Assembly (NCBI GenBank): GCA_937922105.1
Contig: CAKZVN010000320.1
Location: 1-31,484 of the forward strand
Length of the DNA: 31,484 bases
Source: an uncultured Litorilinea sp.
GTDB taxonomy: Bacteria > Chloroflexota > Anaerolineae > Caldilineales > Caldilineaceae
Direction of reading: 5' to 3'
The translations under genes were made by a program, and so were the position numbers. This document shows, one piece after another, positions 16,948 through 24,863 of this stretch. Under the pieces are notes generated by a model. That model did no database searches. It was not told where the DNA came from and saw only the letters and a list, made by a program, of their open reading frames with translations. The stretch's first letter is position 1; each line of letters opens with the position of its first letter.

Positions 16948-17658
16948 TCAGCGCGCCGATTCTGGGACGGGGAAGGGCTGCAACTCGGCGAGCAGGGTGG
17001 CGTGGATCTGCGCGGGCGTTTGGCCTGTGAGCCAGGGCGCAACCAACAAGAGCGCCAGACTCACCACCACCAGCCCCACGCTGAGCCAGTCGCCCAGCCC
17101 CCAAGCCGGCGCGGTCTCCCCGGCGTCCGCTCCGCCCTGCGCGGGGGAGGGGGCCGCCCGCCTGCCGCGGCTTGCCAAGAGGCGCAAGACCTGCACCGCG
17201 TCGTCCGCGGCCAAGAGAATCCCGCGCAAGGTACGCTCCCAGGCGGCAAAGCGCACCCCGCGCGCGCCCAGCTTGGCCGCGCTGCCCAGTCGCGCCGCGG
17301 CGTTCAAGCCCAGCACGCCCACCACCACCTCCATGTACAGGGCAAAGACCAGCGACAACAGCACCAAGCCGATGTCCAGCTTGATCTCCCACAGCGCGTG
17401 GGCGAGCACCGCCGCGGGCCGCCGGCGCAGATGGGATTGGCGCACCAACTCGAAGAGCAGATGTACCCCCACCATCACCACCAGCCAAAAGAGGCTGATC
17501 CAAATGCTCAACAACAGGGCCAAACCGATATAGAGTACGATAAAGAGGCGGCGGTCGTCATGCTCTACCACCCATTCGTGGGCCGGGTGCAAGGTAGGCG
17601 CGGGGGCAAGTGCCCTCTGCGCGGCGGCATCGGACGAGGTCGAGGTCGCATCAGACAT
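16948..17658 (-). CDS. Hypothetical membrane protein
   Basis: Four to five hydrophobic segments; extended -10 TGGTATTCT on the minus strand at 17721-17729. Confidence 0.7.
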   Translation of the reverse strand: MSDATSTSSDAAAQRALAPAPTLHPAHEWVVEHDDRRLFIVLYIGLALLLSIWISLFWLVVMVGVHLLFELVRQSHLRRRPAAVLAHALWEIKLDIGLVLLSLVFALYMEVVVGVLGLNAAARLGSAAKLGARGVRFAAWERTLRGILLAADDAVQVLRLLASRGRRAAPSPAQGGADAGETAPAWGLGDWLSVGLVVVSLALLLVAPWLTGQTPAQIHATLLAELQPFPVPESAR

Positions 17659-17788
17659 GGGTAAACACTCCGTGGCAAGGGGCCGGTAGGCAACGCCCCC
17701 GGCAAGCGGGCGCGCCGCCTAGAATACCACAAAAAACGCCGCGCCCCCACTTCCTCGGCGCAGGAGCCTGGCCGCTCTTCGCGCGTGG

Positions 17789-18721
17789 TCACCCGGTGGG
17801 GGATGCGACGGCCCAGGGCGCGAGCAGCGCGGCGAGTGCGGCTTCGTGGTCGGGCGTGGGGTCCTGCAAGGGCGGGCGCACGCCGCCCACCGGCTCGCCC
17901 AGCAGCCGCAGCGCGGCCTTGACCAGCGCAATGCCGTAGCCGGGGACCAGCCCGCGCAGCGCGGTGTAGGGGCGGAAGAATTGCGCCTGGAGCCGCGCCA
18001 CCGTGGCGTCGTCCTGCGCGACCAGCGCGTGGTAATAGGCCCACGCCAACGCGGGCAGAAAATCCACCACGCTCGACGAATAGGCCCCAATGCCCGCCGC
18101 AAAGTAGCCCGGCGCATACATCTCCGCCGAGGGCATGCCGTTGATGAGGAGCAGGCGATCGGGCGCCAGGCTGCGCACGCGCTCCAGGCTGGGCAGGTTG
18201 CCGTGCCCGTCCTTGACGCCGATCACGTTGGGGATCTCGGCCAAGCGCAGGAGCGTCTCTTCGGCGAAGACCGCGTTGTCGCGGTGATAGACGATCACGC
18301 CGATGCCCACTGCGCGCGCCACCGCGCTCACATGCGCGAGCAGCCCGGCCTGGGGCGCGGGGGTGAGATAGGGCGGGAAGAGCAAGAGTGCGTCCGCGCC
18401 GGCGCGTTCGGCGGCGACCGCGGCCTCCACCGCCAGGGGCGTGCCGTGTCCCACGCCCGCTACCAGCGGCACGCGGCCCTGCAACTCCGCGGCCGCGGCC
18501 TGGATGAGCGCGCCACATTCGGTGGGGTGGAGCGAGAAGAACTCGCCCGCGCCGCACGCCACGAAGCAGCCCGCGGGCCGGCTGGGACCGGCGCACAGGC
18601 TCGCGGCGACGCGACGCCGGAACGCGTCCAAGTCCGGCGCGCCCGTGGCGTCGAAGGGGGTGCAGACAAAGGCTTGCAGTCCGTTGAGGCTGCGGCGCAA
18701 GGTCCCAAAGTCGACGGGCAT
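17789..18721 (-). CDS. kdgD: 5-dehydro-4-deoxyglucarate dehydratase (KdgD-like, DapA family)
   Basis: GAGEFFSL, LLFPPYL, VIVYHRDNA, IGVKDG (Schiff-base Lys), NGMPSAE, YSSSV, VRPPL. Confidence 0.8.
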   Translation of the reverse strand: MPVDFGTLRRSLNGLQAFVCTPFDATGAPDLDAFRRRVAASLCAGPSRPAGCFVACGAGEFFSLHPTECGALIQAAAAELQGRVPLVAGVGHGTPLAVEAAVAAERAGADALLLFPPYLTPAPQAGLLAHVSAVARAVGIGVIVYHRDNAVFAEETLLRLAEIPNVIGVKDGHGNLPSLERVRSLAPDRLLLINGMPSAEMYAPGYFAAGIGAYSSSVVDFLPALAWAYYHALVAQDDATVARLQAQFFRPYTALRGLVPGYGIALVKAALRLLGEPVGGVRPPLQDPTPDHEAALAALLAPWAVASPTG

Positions 18722-18758
18722 GGCAAGTCGGCCTTTCCGGGTGAGAGAAGTGTGTAGG

Positions 18759-19286
18759 CTAGGAGTGGCCCGGCGCAGCGGAGTCAATCTCCATCCAACT
18801 CCGTTTGCGCACCGCATCCAGCGCACGGCTCGACCATCCCATATGGACACGTAAAAATATCCCGGATAGTAGGACAGGGAGCCGTCGGTGCAGCTCGGCC
18901 GTGGCGGGGGTGTGCTGGGTAAAGTGCTTGTCCTCAGAGACGAAGCAATCTACCTGGGCCTGGATAGCCGCCAGAGCGATGGGTATGTCATTGCGGTCGC
19001 GCAGGAGAGTTTGATGAGCCATCACGTCCTGTGGAGTGGGATCGCGCTGCAATTCATAGGGCCACCGCAGCAAGAAATCGTCTATGCGTGCCAGAAAGTT
19101 GGGAAACTTGCGGGTGATGATACGCCGAGATTCGGCTACGATCACCGGCGCCAACACCAGCCGGAAATCTTCGCGCAGCGCGTGGCGCAGCACCTCGTAG
19201 GGCCAGCGCGGCCAGACCAACCCCGCCACCAGCACGCTGGTATCCACCATGACACGCAGTCTTCTAGGCGGCGCTGCCGGGATCAT
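18759..19286 (-). CDS. PIN-domain (VapC-like) toxin
   Basis: VMVDTSVL, AESRR, DRNDIPIALAAIQAQVDCFVSEDKHF acidic tetrad; overlaps the antitoxin stop. Confidence 0.9.
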   Translation of the reverse strand: MIPAAPPRRLRVMVDTSVLVAGLVWPRWPYEVLRHALREDFRLVLAPVIVAESRRIITRKFPNFLARIDDFLLRWPYELQRDPTPQDVMAHQTLLRDRNDIPIALAAIQAQVDCFVSEDKHFTQHTPATAELHRRLPVLLSGIFLRVHMGWSSRALDAVRKRSWMEIDSAAPGHS

Positions 19287-19575
19287 AACGTTCCGCAAAC
19301 AGTTCCTGGCGGACCTGTCTCAGTTCGTGGAAAAAGTCCTCCTCGCTGAGTTGCGCGTGCTCAGCTTCTCGGCTTAGCTCTCGGTTGGTCTGCTCCAGGT
19401 CGGCCAGATTCTGTTGGCGGCGCAAGGCCTGATACTCCTGATAGGAAAGCAACACCGCCACCGGAAACCCATCCCGCTCCACCACCAGATGCTCATCCGA
19501 GCTGTAGACTCGGCGCAAGAGCTTGCCGAAGGTTCTGTGCCCCTCGGAAGCTCGGATGACGATTTGTTTTGCCAT
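19264..19575 (-). CDS. Phd/YefM-family antitoxin
   Basis: IRASEGHRTFGKLLRRV...LVVERDGFPVAVLLSYQEY. Confidence 0.9.
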   Translation of the reverse strand: MAKQIVIRASEGHRTFGKLLRRVYSSDEHLVVERDGFPVAVLLSYQEYQALRRQQNLADLEQTNRELSREAEHAQLSEEDFFHELRQVRQELFAERYDPGSAA

Positions 19576-19612
19576 ACCACGCGCTCCTATTTCGCCAAGT
19601 ACCTACTCAATT

Positions 19613-19653
19613 GCATGGGTACATATCCATGCGTATCGCGACACAGTATAGCA
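19613..19653 (-). promoter_or_regulatory. TA promoter (extended -10) and palindromic operator
   Basis: Minus-strand TGCTATACT at 19645-19653; GCATGG-N8-CCATGC at 19613-19632 just downstream of it. Confidence 0.55.
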
Positions 19654-19701
19654 GGCAGCCCGCTCCTGTTCAAGGCAGTGCCTCCCCGGCGCGGGTGGCG
19701 C

Positions 19702-19730
19702 TAGACCCCGGGCACCTCCGCAGGTATACT
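19702..19730 (+). promoter_or_regulatory. Sigma70-type promoter of the DUF268-like gene
   Basis: TAGACC, 17 bp, TATACT. Confidence 0.5.
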
Positions 19731-19781
19731 CTGCGCGCAAGATCGGCAGCAATCACACAAGACCGCGAAAGGAAAGAGCCA

Positions 19782-20564
19782 ATGCGCGCGCAACCACGCG
19801 CCTCCCTCAAACGCATTGTACGCCACTTATTCCACCGCTGGCTGGCGCCCGTCTGCGACCCGCTGGTCGCGCTGCGCGGGCTGCGGCGCTATCCCCACTA
19901 CATAGCGGAATGGCGTCGCTACACCCAGCTGCCCGGCGCGGAGCCGCTGCGCCTGGCGGATGCCTACCCGCAACTCCACGACCGCACTGCCACTTCCAGC
20001 ATTGACCCCCATTATTTTTATGTCAATGGCTGGGCCATGCGCCGCATTGTCGCCCAGCGCCCCGCCCACCATGTGGACATTGCGTCCCAGACCATCTTCG
20101 TCAATTTGCTCGCCGCGGTGCTGCCCGTCACCTTTGTGGACTATCGCCCGTTGCAGGCGAGCCTTGCGGGCTTGACCCCGCGCGCGGGCGACATCCTGGA
20201 CTTGCCCTTCGCCGACGGGGCGTTGGCGTCTGTGTCGTGTCTGCATGTGGCGGAGCATATCGGCTTGGGGCGCTATGGCGACCCGCTCAACCCCCAGGGC
20301 ACGCGCCAAGCCTGCGCCGAGTTGGCTCGCGTCTTGGCGCCGGGCGGGCAGCTCTACTTTGCCGTGCCGGTGGGGCGCCCGCGCGTCTGCTTCAACGCCC
20401 ACCGCATCCACGCCGTGCCGACCATTCTGGAGTATTTTTCCGCCCTGGCGCTGGTGGAGTTTTCCGCGGTGCACGACGACGGGCGCTATGAGGAAGACGC
20501 GGCGCTCACCGCGCTGGACAACAGCGATTACGCCTGCGGCTTGTTCCTCTTCACCAAGACGTAA
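19782..20564 (+). CDS. DUF268-like SAM-dependent methyltransferase-fold protein
   Basis: HVDIAS, VTFVDYRP, GDILDLPF, SCLHVAEHIGLGRYGDPL, LAPGGQLYFAVPVG...FNAHRI. Confidence 0.8.
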   Translation: MRAQPRASLKRIVRHLFHRWLAPVCDPLVALRGLRRYPHYIAEWRRYTQLPGAEPLRLADAYPQLHDRTATSSIDPHYFYVNGWAMRRIVAQRPAHHVDIASQTIFVNLLAAVLPVTFVDYRPLQASLAGLTPRAGDILDLPFADGALASVSCLHVAEHIGLGRYGDPLNPQGTRQACAELARVLAPGGQLYFAVPVGRPRVCFNAHRIHAVPTILEYFSALALVEFSAVHDDGRYEEDAALTALDNSDYACGLFLFTKT

Positions 20565-20599
20565 GTCCTCAGCAAGACGTAAGTCCTCAGCAAGGCGTA
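20555..20599. repeat. 18-bp tandem repeat (two copies plus partial) across the stop codon
   Basis: CAAGACGTAAGTCCTCAG twice, then CAAGGCGTA. Confidence 0.8.
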
Positions 20600-20916
20600 C
20601 GAGCGCATCACGGCGCAGACGCAACGCTTGCCTCCGGCAACCAGCCCAGGGCTGCGCGCCCCAGCAAGGGCGTGGCGCACCCCTCCTGCGCAGCGTCCCC
20701 GCGCCTGTCCCGCCGTCGGCGCTTGGCAAAGGCATTTGTGAAAGAAAGGACAAATGTCCCCCCCAAGTCGGGACGCTTGCCCCATGCGGCGGCGACGGAG
20801 ATGCGCGATGCTTGGCAGCAAGCCGGTGCATCAAATCTGACCGAATGCGACTTTCCACCGGCGCAGCTAATGCAGCTACTGCATCCGTTGCACCAATTCC
20901 AACCGGAAGACGCCGC

Positions 20917-21627
20917 ATGAGCGCTTTCTTCACCACCCGCGAACTGACCGACCTGCTCCAGATTGACCGCACCACCATCTATCGCATGGCGGACGCCGGG
21001 CGCATTCCCGCGCTCAAGGTGGGCAACCAGTGGCGCTTCCCGCGCGCCGCGGTCCAGCAATGGCTGGGCACGACCCACGCCCCTGCCGCGCCCCGCCCCG
21101 CGCCCGACTTCCCCCTGGCCTGCGTGCAGCCGTTGCAGGATGTGATGGCGGACGCGCTGGGCGTCATGTTGTTGATCGTAGACCTGGACGGGCAGCCGCT
21201 CACCCGCCCCAGCCGCCCTTGCGGTCTCTATGCCGCGCTGGAGACGCACCCCAGCGCGCAGGCCCGCTGCTTGGAGATGTGGGCGCGCCTGGGCCAAGCG
21301 CCCGGTCTCCAGCCCGTCTGGGTGGAAAGCCACGCCGGCCCCTTGCTCACGCGCGCGCTCATCCGCGTGGGCAGCGAGCTGTACGCCATGTTGATCGCCG
21401 GGGGGATTGCGCCGCCCGTGTGGCCCCCCGCCCCGGCCCGCCGCGCCGCGCTGGCCCAGGAGCTGGGCGTCCCGCGCGAGCTGCTGGAAGCCCACATCCA
21501 CGAAGTCTTTACCTTGAGCGAGGCCGAACAGGCGCGCGTGCTGGGGCTGGTGCAGCGGGTGGCGGATGTGGTGGGCTGCCTGCTCCAGGAGCGCCGCTTA
21601 CTCGGCGGTGCACCCCCAAGCGCATGA
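20917..21627 (+). CDS. Excisionase-type HTH + PocR sensory-domain regulator
   Basis: FFTTRELTDLLQIDRTTIYRMADAGRIPALKVGNQWRF (HTH), then LQDVMADALGVMLLIVDLDGQPLT...CGLY...RCLEMW...HAG (PocR-like). Confidence 0.8.
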   Translation: MSAFFTTRELTDLLQIDRTTIYRMADAGRIPALKVGNQWRFPRAAVQQWLGTTHAPAAPRPAPDFPLACVQPLQDVMADALGVMLLIVDLDGQPLTRPSRPCGLYAALETHPSAQARCLEMWARLGQAPGLQPVWVESHAGPLLTRALIRVGSELYAMLIAGGIAPPVWPPAPARRAALAQELGVPRELLEAHIHEVFTLSEAEQARVLGLVQRVADVVGCLLQERRLLGGAPPSA

Positions 21628-21698
21628 CCGTACCGGTCCCGGCGCACGCCCAGCAGGGGCAGCCCGGACCGCGAACCATTTCCGAAGGAGCGATTGCC

Positions 21699-22928
21699 AT
21701 GAAACGTTTGCTCATTTTGGGCGCAGGCACCGCGGGCACCATGGTCGCCAACCGCTTGGCCCACGAGTTGGAGCCGGACTGGCGCATCACCGTGGTGGAT
21801 ATGGACGAGACCCACTACTACCAGCCCGGCTTTTTGTTCATTCCCTTCGGCATCTATGCCAAAGCCGACGTGATGAAGCCCAAGCGCGACTTCCTGCCCC
21901 GCCGCGTCCAGGTCATCATCTCGCCCATCGAGGTCATCGAGCCGGACCAAAACCGCGTGCGCTTGGTCAAGGAGGGGCGCATCCTGGAGTACGACTATTT
22001 GATCATCGCCACCGGCTCGCGCATTGTGCCCGACGAGACGCCGGGGCTGCACGAGCATGAATGGCGCAAGAGCATCTTCGACTTTTACACCGTGGACGGC
22101 GCGACCGCGCTGCAAAAACATCTGCGGACCTGGGAAGGCGGGCGGCTGGTGGTCCACATTGCCGAGATGCCCATCAAGTGCCCCGTCGCGCCGCTGGAGT
22201 TTCTCTTCTTGGCGGATTGGTTCTTCCACGAACAGGGGCTGCGCGAGCGCGTGGAGCTGACGCTGGTGACGCCGCTGCCCGGCGCCTTCACCAAGCCGCG
22301 CGCCTCCGCCATCTTGGGCGACATCCTCGCCGAAAAGCGCATCCAGGTCGTCCCGGAATTTGCCGTGGAGCGCGTCGACCCCGACGCCAAGTCGCTCCAT
22401 TCCTATGACGGTCAACAGGTGGACTATGACCTGCTGGTCTCCATCCCCGTCAACATGGGGTCGGACGCCATCGAGCGCTCTGGCATGGGCGACGACCTGC
22501 ACTTTGTGCCCACCGAGAAGCACACCCTCAAGGCCAAACACTTCGACAACGTCTTTGTGCTGGGCGACGCCACAGACTTGCCCTCCTCCAAAGCCGGCTC
22601 GGTGGCACATTTCCAGGTGGAAGGCTTCATTGACAACTTCCTGCGCTATGTGGACGGGCTGGAGCTGCGCCCCACCTTCGACGGGCACGCCAACTGTTAC
22701 ATCGAGTCGGGCTTCGGCAAGGGCTTCTTGATTGACTTCAACTACGACGTGGAGCCGCTGCCCGGCAAGTTCCCGCTGCCCGGCATCGGCCCCTTCGGCC
22801 TGCTCCAAGAGTCGCGGGTCAACCATTGGGGCAAGCTCATGTTCCGCTGGATGTACTGGCACCTGCTGCTCAAGGGCAAGGAATTGCCCATCCCAGCCCA
22901 GATGAGCATGGCCGGCAAATGGCGCTAG
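21699..22928 (+). CDS. sqr: Sulfide:quinone oxidoreductase-like flavoprotein
   Basis: LLILGAGTAG, HYYQPG, IKCPVAPLE and FDGHANCYIE (two catalytic Cys), VFVLGDAT; AAGGAG RBS. Confidence 0.88.
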   Translation: MKRLLILGAGTAGTMVANRLAHELEPDWRITVVDMDETHYYQPGFLFIPFGIYAKADVMKPKRDFLPRRVQVIISPIEVIEPDQNRVRLVKEGRILEYDYLIIATGSRIVPDETPGLHEHEWRKSIFDFYTVDGATALQKHLRTWEGGRLVVHIAEMPIKCPVAPLEFLFLADWFFHEQGLRERVELTLVTPLPGAFTKPRASAILGDILAEKRIQVVPEFAVERVDPDAKSLHSYDGQQVDYDLLVSIPVNMGSDAIERSGMGDDLHFVPTEKHTLKAKHFDNVFVLGDATDLPSSKAGSVAHFQVEGFIDNFLRYVDGLELRPTFDGHANCYIESGFGKGFLIDFNYDVEPLPGKFPLPGIGPFGLLQESRVNHWGKLMFRWMYWHLLLKGKELPIPAQMSMAGKWR

Positions 22929-22948
22929 GCGCGACCGGGGAGGAGACC

Positions 22949-23737
22949 ATGACCACCGCCGTTCAAGAGATTGCTGCGGTCCCCGTGACTGCGCCGGACC
23001 CCGACCCCCTTGCCAACGGGGACGCCGCCCTCAGCGACAGCGCGCGCCTGCGCCGGCTGGAGAGCCGCCTAGACGCCCTGGCGACCCAGGTCGCCCGCCT
23101 GGGCGAGCAGATGGAGTTCTTGGCCGAGGAAGCCTACGCCGCGCGCCGCCGCCGCCAAGAGATGGAGGACCTGCAAAGCGACTTGATGCCCGTGGCGCGC
23201 GACCTCTACGCCGTCATCGTCGCCCAGCTGGAGGAAATCCAGGCCTATGTCCAGCTGGAGGATGTGCTCCACCTGCTCAAGCGGCTGGCGCGCAACACCC
23301 ACAGCGTCAACGCGCTGCTGGACCAGCTGGAGAGCCTGCAAGACCTGGGCCGCGACCTCGGCCCCATCACCAAAGAGATGTTCGCCCAAGCCGTCACCGT
23401 GCTGGACCAGCTGGAGCAGAAGGGCTATTTCGGCTTTGCGCGCCAGAGCTTCTATGTCGCCGACCGCATCGTCACCGCGTTCAGCGAAGAGGATGTGCGC
23501 CTGCTGGGCGACAACATCGTCACCATTCTCAACACGGTCAAGGCCCTCACCCAGCCGGAGATGATGCAGCTGGTGCGCAACTTGACCGCCGCCTATCAGG
23601 AGACCGGCGCACAGGAATTGCCCAGCGGCCTGTGGGGGCTGCTGCGCGAGATGCGCGACCCCCAAGTGCGCCGCGGTCTCGCCTTGACCATGGCCATGCT
23701 CAAGCGCATCGCCGCGCAGACGCCCACCACCACCTGA
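22949..23737 (+). CDS. DUF1641-domain protein
   Basis: Coiled N-terminus, EQKGYFGF, and C-terminal GLWGLLREMRDPQVRRGL; directly after sqr, the usual context for this family. Confidence 0.82.
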   Translation: MTTAVQEIAAVPVTAPDPDPLANGDAALSDSARLRRLESRLDALATQVARLGEQMEFLAEEAYAARRRRQEMEDLQSDLMPVARDLYAVIVAQLEEIQAYVQLEDVLHLLKRLARNTHSVNALLDQLESLQDLGRDLGPITKEMFAQAVTVLDQLEQKGYFGFARQSFYVADRIVTAFSEEDVRLLGDNIVTILNTVKALTQPEMMQLVRNLTAAYQETGAQELPSGLWGLLREMRDPQVRRGLALTMAMLKRIAAQTPTTT

Positions 23738-23831
23738 CCTGTCGTCACGGTGTCGTGACCCTTGTCACCCTTGTCGTTCCCTTAGATTCACCACGCGGCA
23801 CGCCGCCGCTGCGCGAAAGGACGTAGCACCC

Positions 23832-24143
23832 ATGACCGCCGTACTCGACCTGCCTGTGAAGTTTGACGCCGAAGGCTTTATGACCGACCCCAACGCCTGG
23901 ACGCCCGAGATCGCCGAGGTGCTGGCGCGCGACGAGGGCATTGACCCCCTGACCGAGCGCCACTGGGCCGTCATCCGCTTTGTGCGCGCCGAGTTTGCCG
24001 CGTCGGGCCAATCGCCCACCCTGCGCACCATCACCAAAAAATCGGGTGTGGAGACCAAAGAACTCTACGAACTCTTTCCCAAAGGCCCCGCCAAAAAGGT
24101 GGCGCGCATCGCCGGCTTGGGCAAGCCCAAGGGCTGCATCTAA
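23832..24143 (+). CDS. TusE/DsrC-family sulfur relay protein
   Basis: FDAEGFMTDPNAWTPEIA, HWAVIRFVR, LYELFPKGPAKKVARIAGLGKPKGCI. Confidence 0.92.
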   Translation: MTAVLDLPVKFDAEGFMTDPNAWTPEIAEVLARDEGIDPLTERHWAVIRFVRAEFAASGQSPTLRTITKKSGVETKELYELFPKGPAKKVARIAGLGKPKGCI

Positions 24144-24146
24144 CCC

Positions 24147-24212
24147 ACCTTCCGGCGGCGACCTTCCCGGCAGCGGCGATCTTCCAGGCAGTTACGCGCT
24201 GCCTGGAAGATC
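24147..24212. repeat. REP-like 14-bp inverted repeat preceded by degenerate left-arm copies
   Basis: GATCTTCCAGGCAG-N7-CTGCCTGGAAGATC at 24178-24212; ACCTTCCGGCGGCG and ACCTTCCCGGCAGCGGCG upstream. Confidence 0.7.
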
Positions 24213-24244
24213 ACACGGAACAAGCACACCAAGGAGATTTTCCC

Positions 24245-24718
24245 ATGCAAGAGCAAGAGAAACCGCGCAAGCTGGCGATCATCTGCTCCAAAGGCAGCCT
24301 GGATATGGCCTATCCGGGGCTGGTTTTGGCCAACGCCGCGCGCATGATGGGCATCGAAGCCGACCTCTTCTTCACCTTTTGGGGGCTGGACATCATCACC
24401 AAGAAGAAGGTGGACAAGCTGCAAGTGACGCCCGTGGGCAACCCTGCCATGCACATGCCCCAGATGGTGGGCATCCTGCCCGGCATGAGCAGCCTGGCGA
24501 CCACCATGATGATGAAGGAGATCGAAAAGCTGGACATCCCGCCCGTGCATGAATTTTTGACCATGGTCCACGACGCGGGCGCGGGCATCTACGCCTGTCG
24601 CATGGCTGCGGACATGATGCACGTGAGCAAAGAAGACCTGGTGGACGAGGTGGACGACATCATCGGCGCGATGGAGTTTTTGGAAAAAGCCGAGGGCGCG
24701 CAGCTGCTCTTCATCTAG
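24245..24718 (+). CDS. DsrE/DsrF/DsrH-like (DsrE2-type) sulfur transferase
   Basis: KLAIICSKGSLDMAYP, LFFTFWGL, IYACRMAADMM. Confidence 0.9.
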   Translation: MQEQEKPRKLAIICSKGSLDMAYPGLVLANAARMMGIEADLFFTFWGLDIITKKKVDKLQVTPVGNPAMHMPQMVGILPGMSSLATTMMMKEIEKLDIPPVHEFLTMVHDAGAGIYACRMAADMMHVSKEDLVDEVDDIIGAMEFLEKAEGAQLLFI

Positions 24719-24863
24719 GCCCCGGCGCTACCCTGCCGCCCGTGGCAACCTGTAACCGTGGGAACGTGTCAAGGCCGGCACGTTCCCACGCCCCATCTCC
24801 GCGCGACCCCTCGGTCCCAATCTGCAAAGACATAGTCGCTCCCTCCCCATCTGCGCGGCGGCG

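Noticed and set aside
20917-21100. Excisionase indicating a prophage or ICE.
   Set aside because: The HTH is fused to a PocR domain as a regulator; no integrase or att-like repeats were seen.
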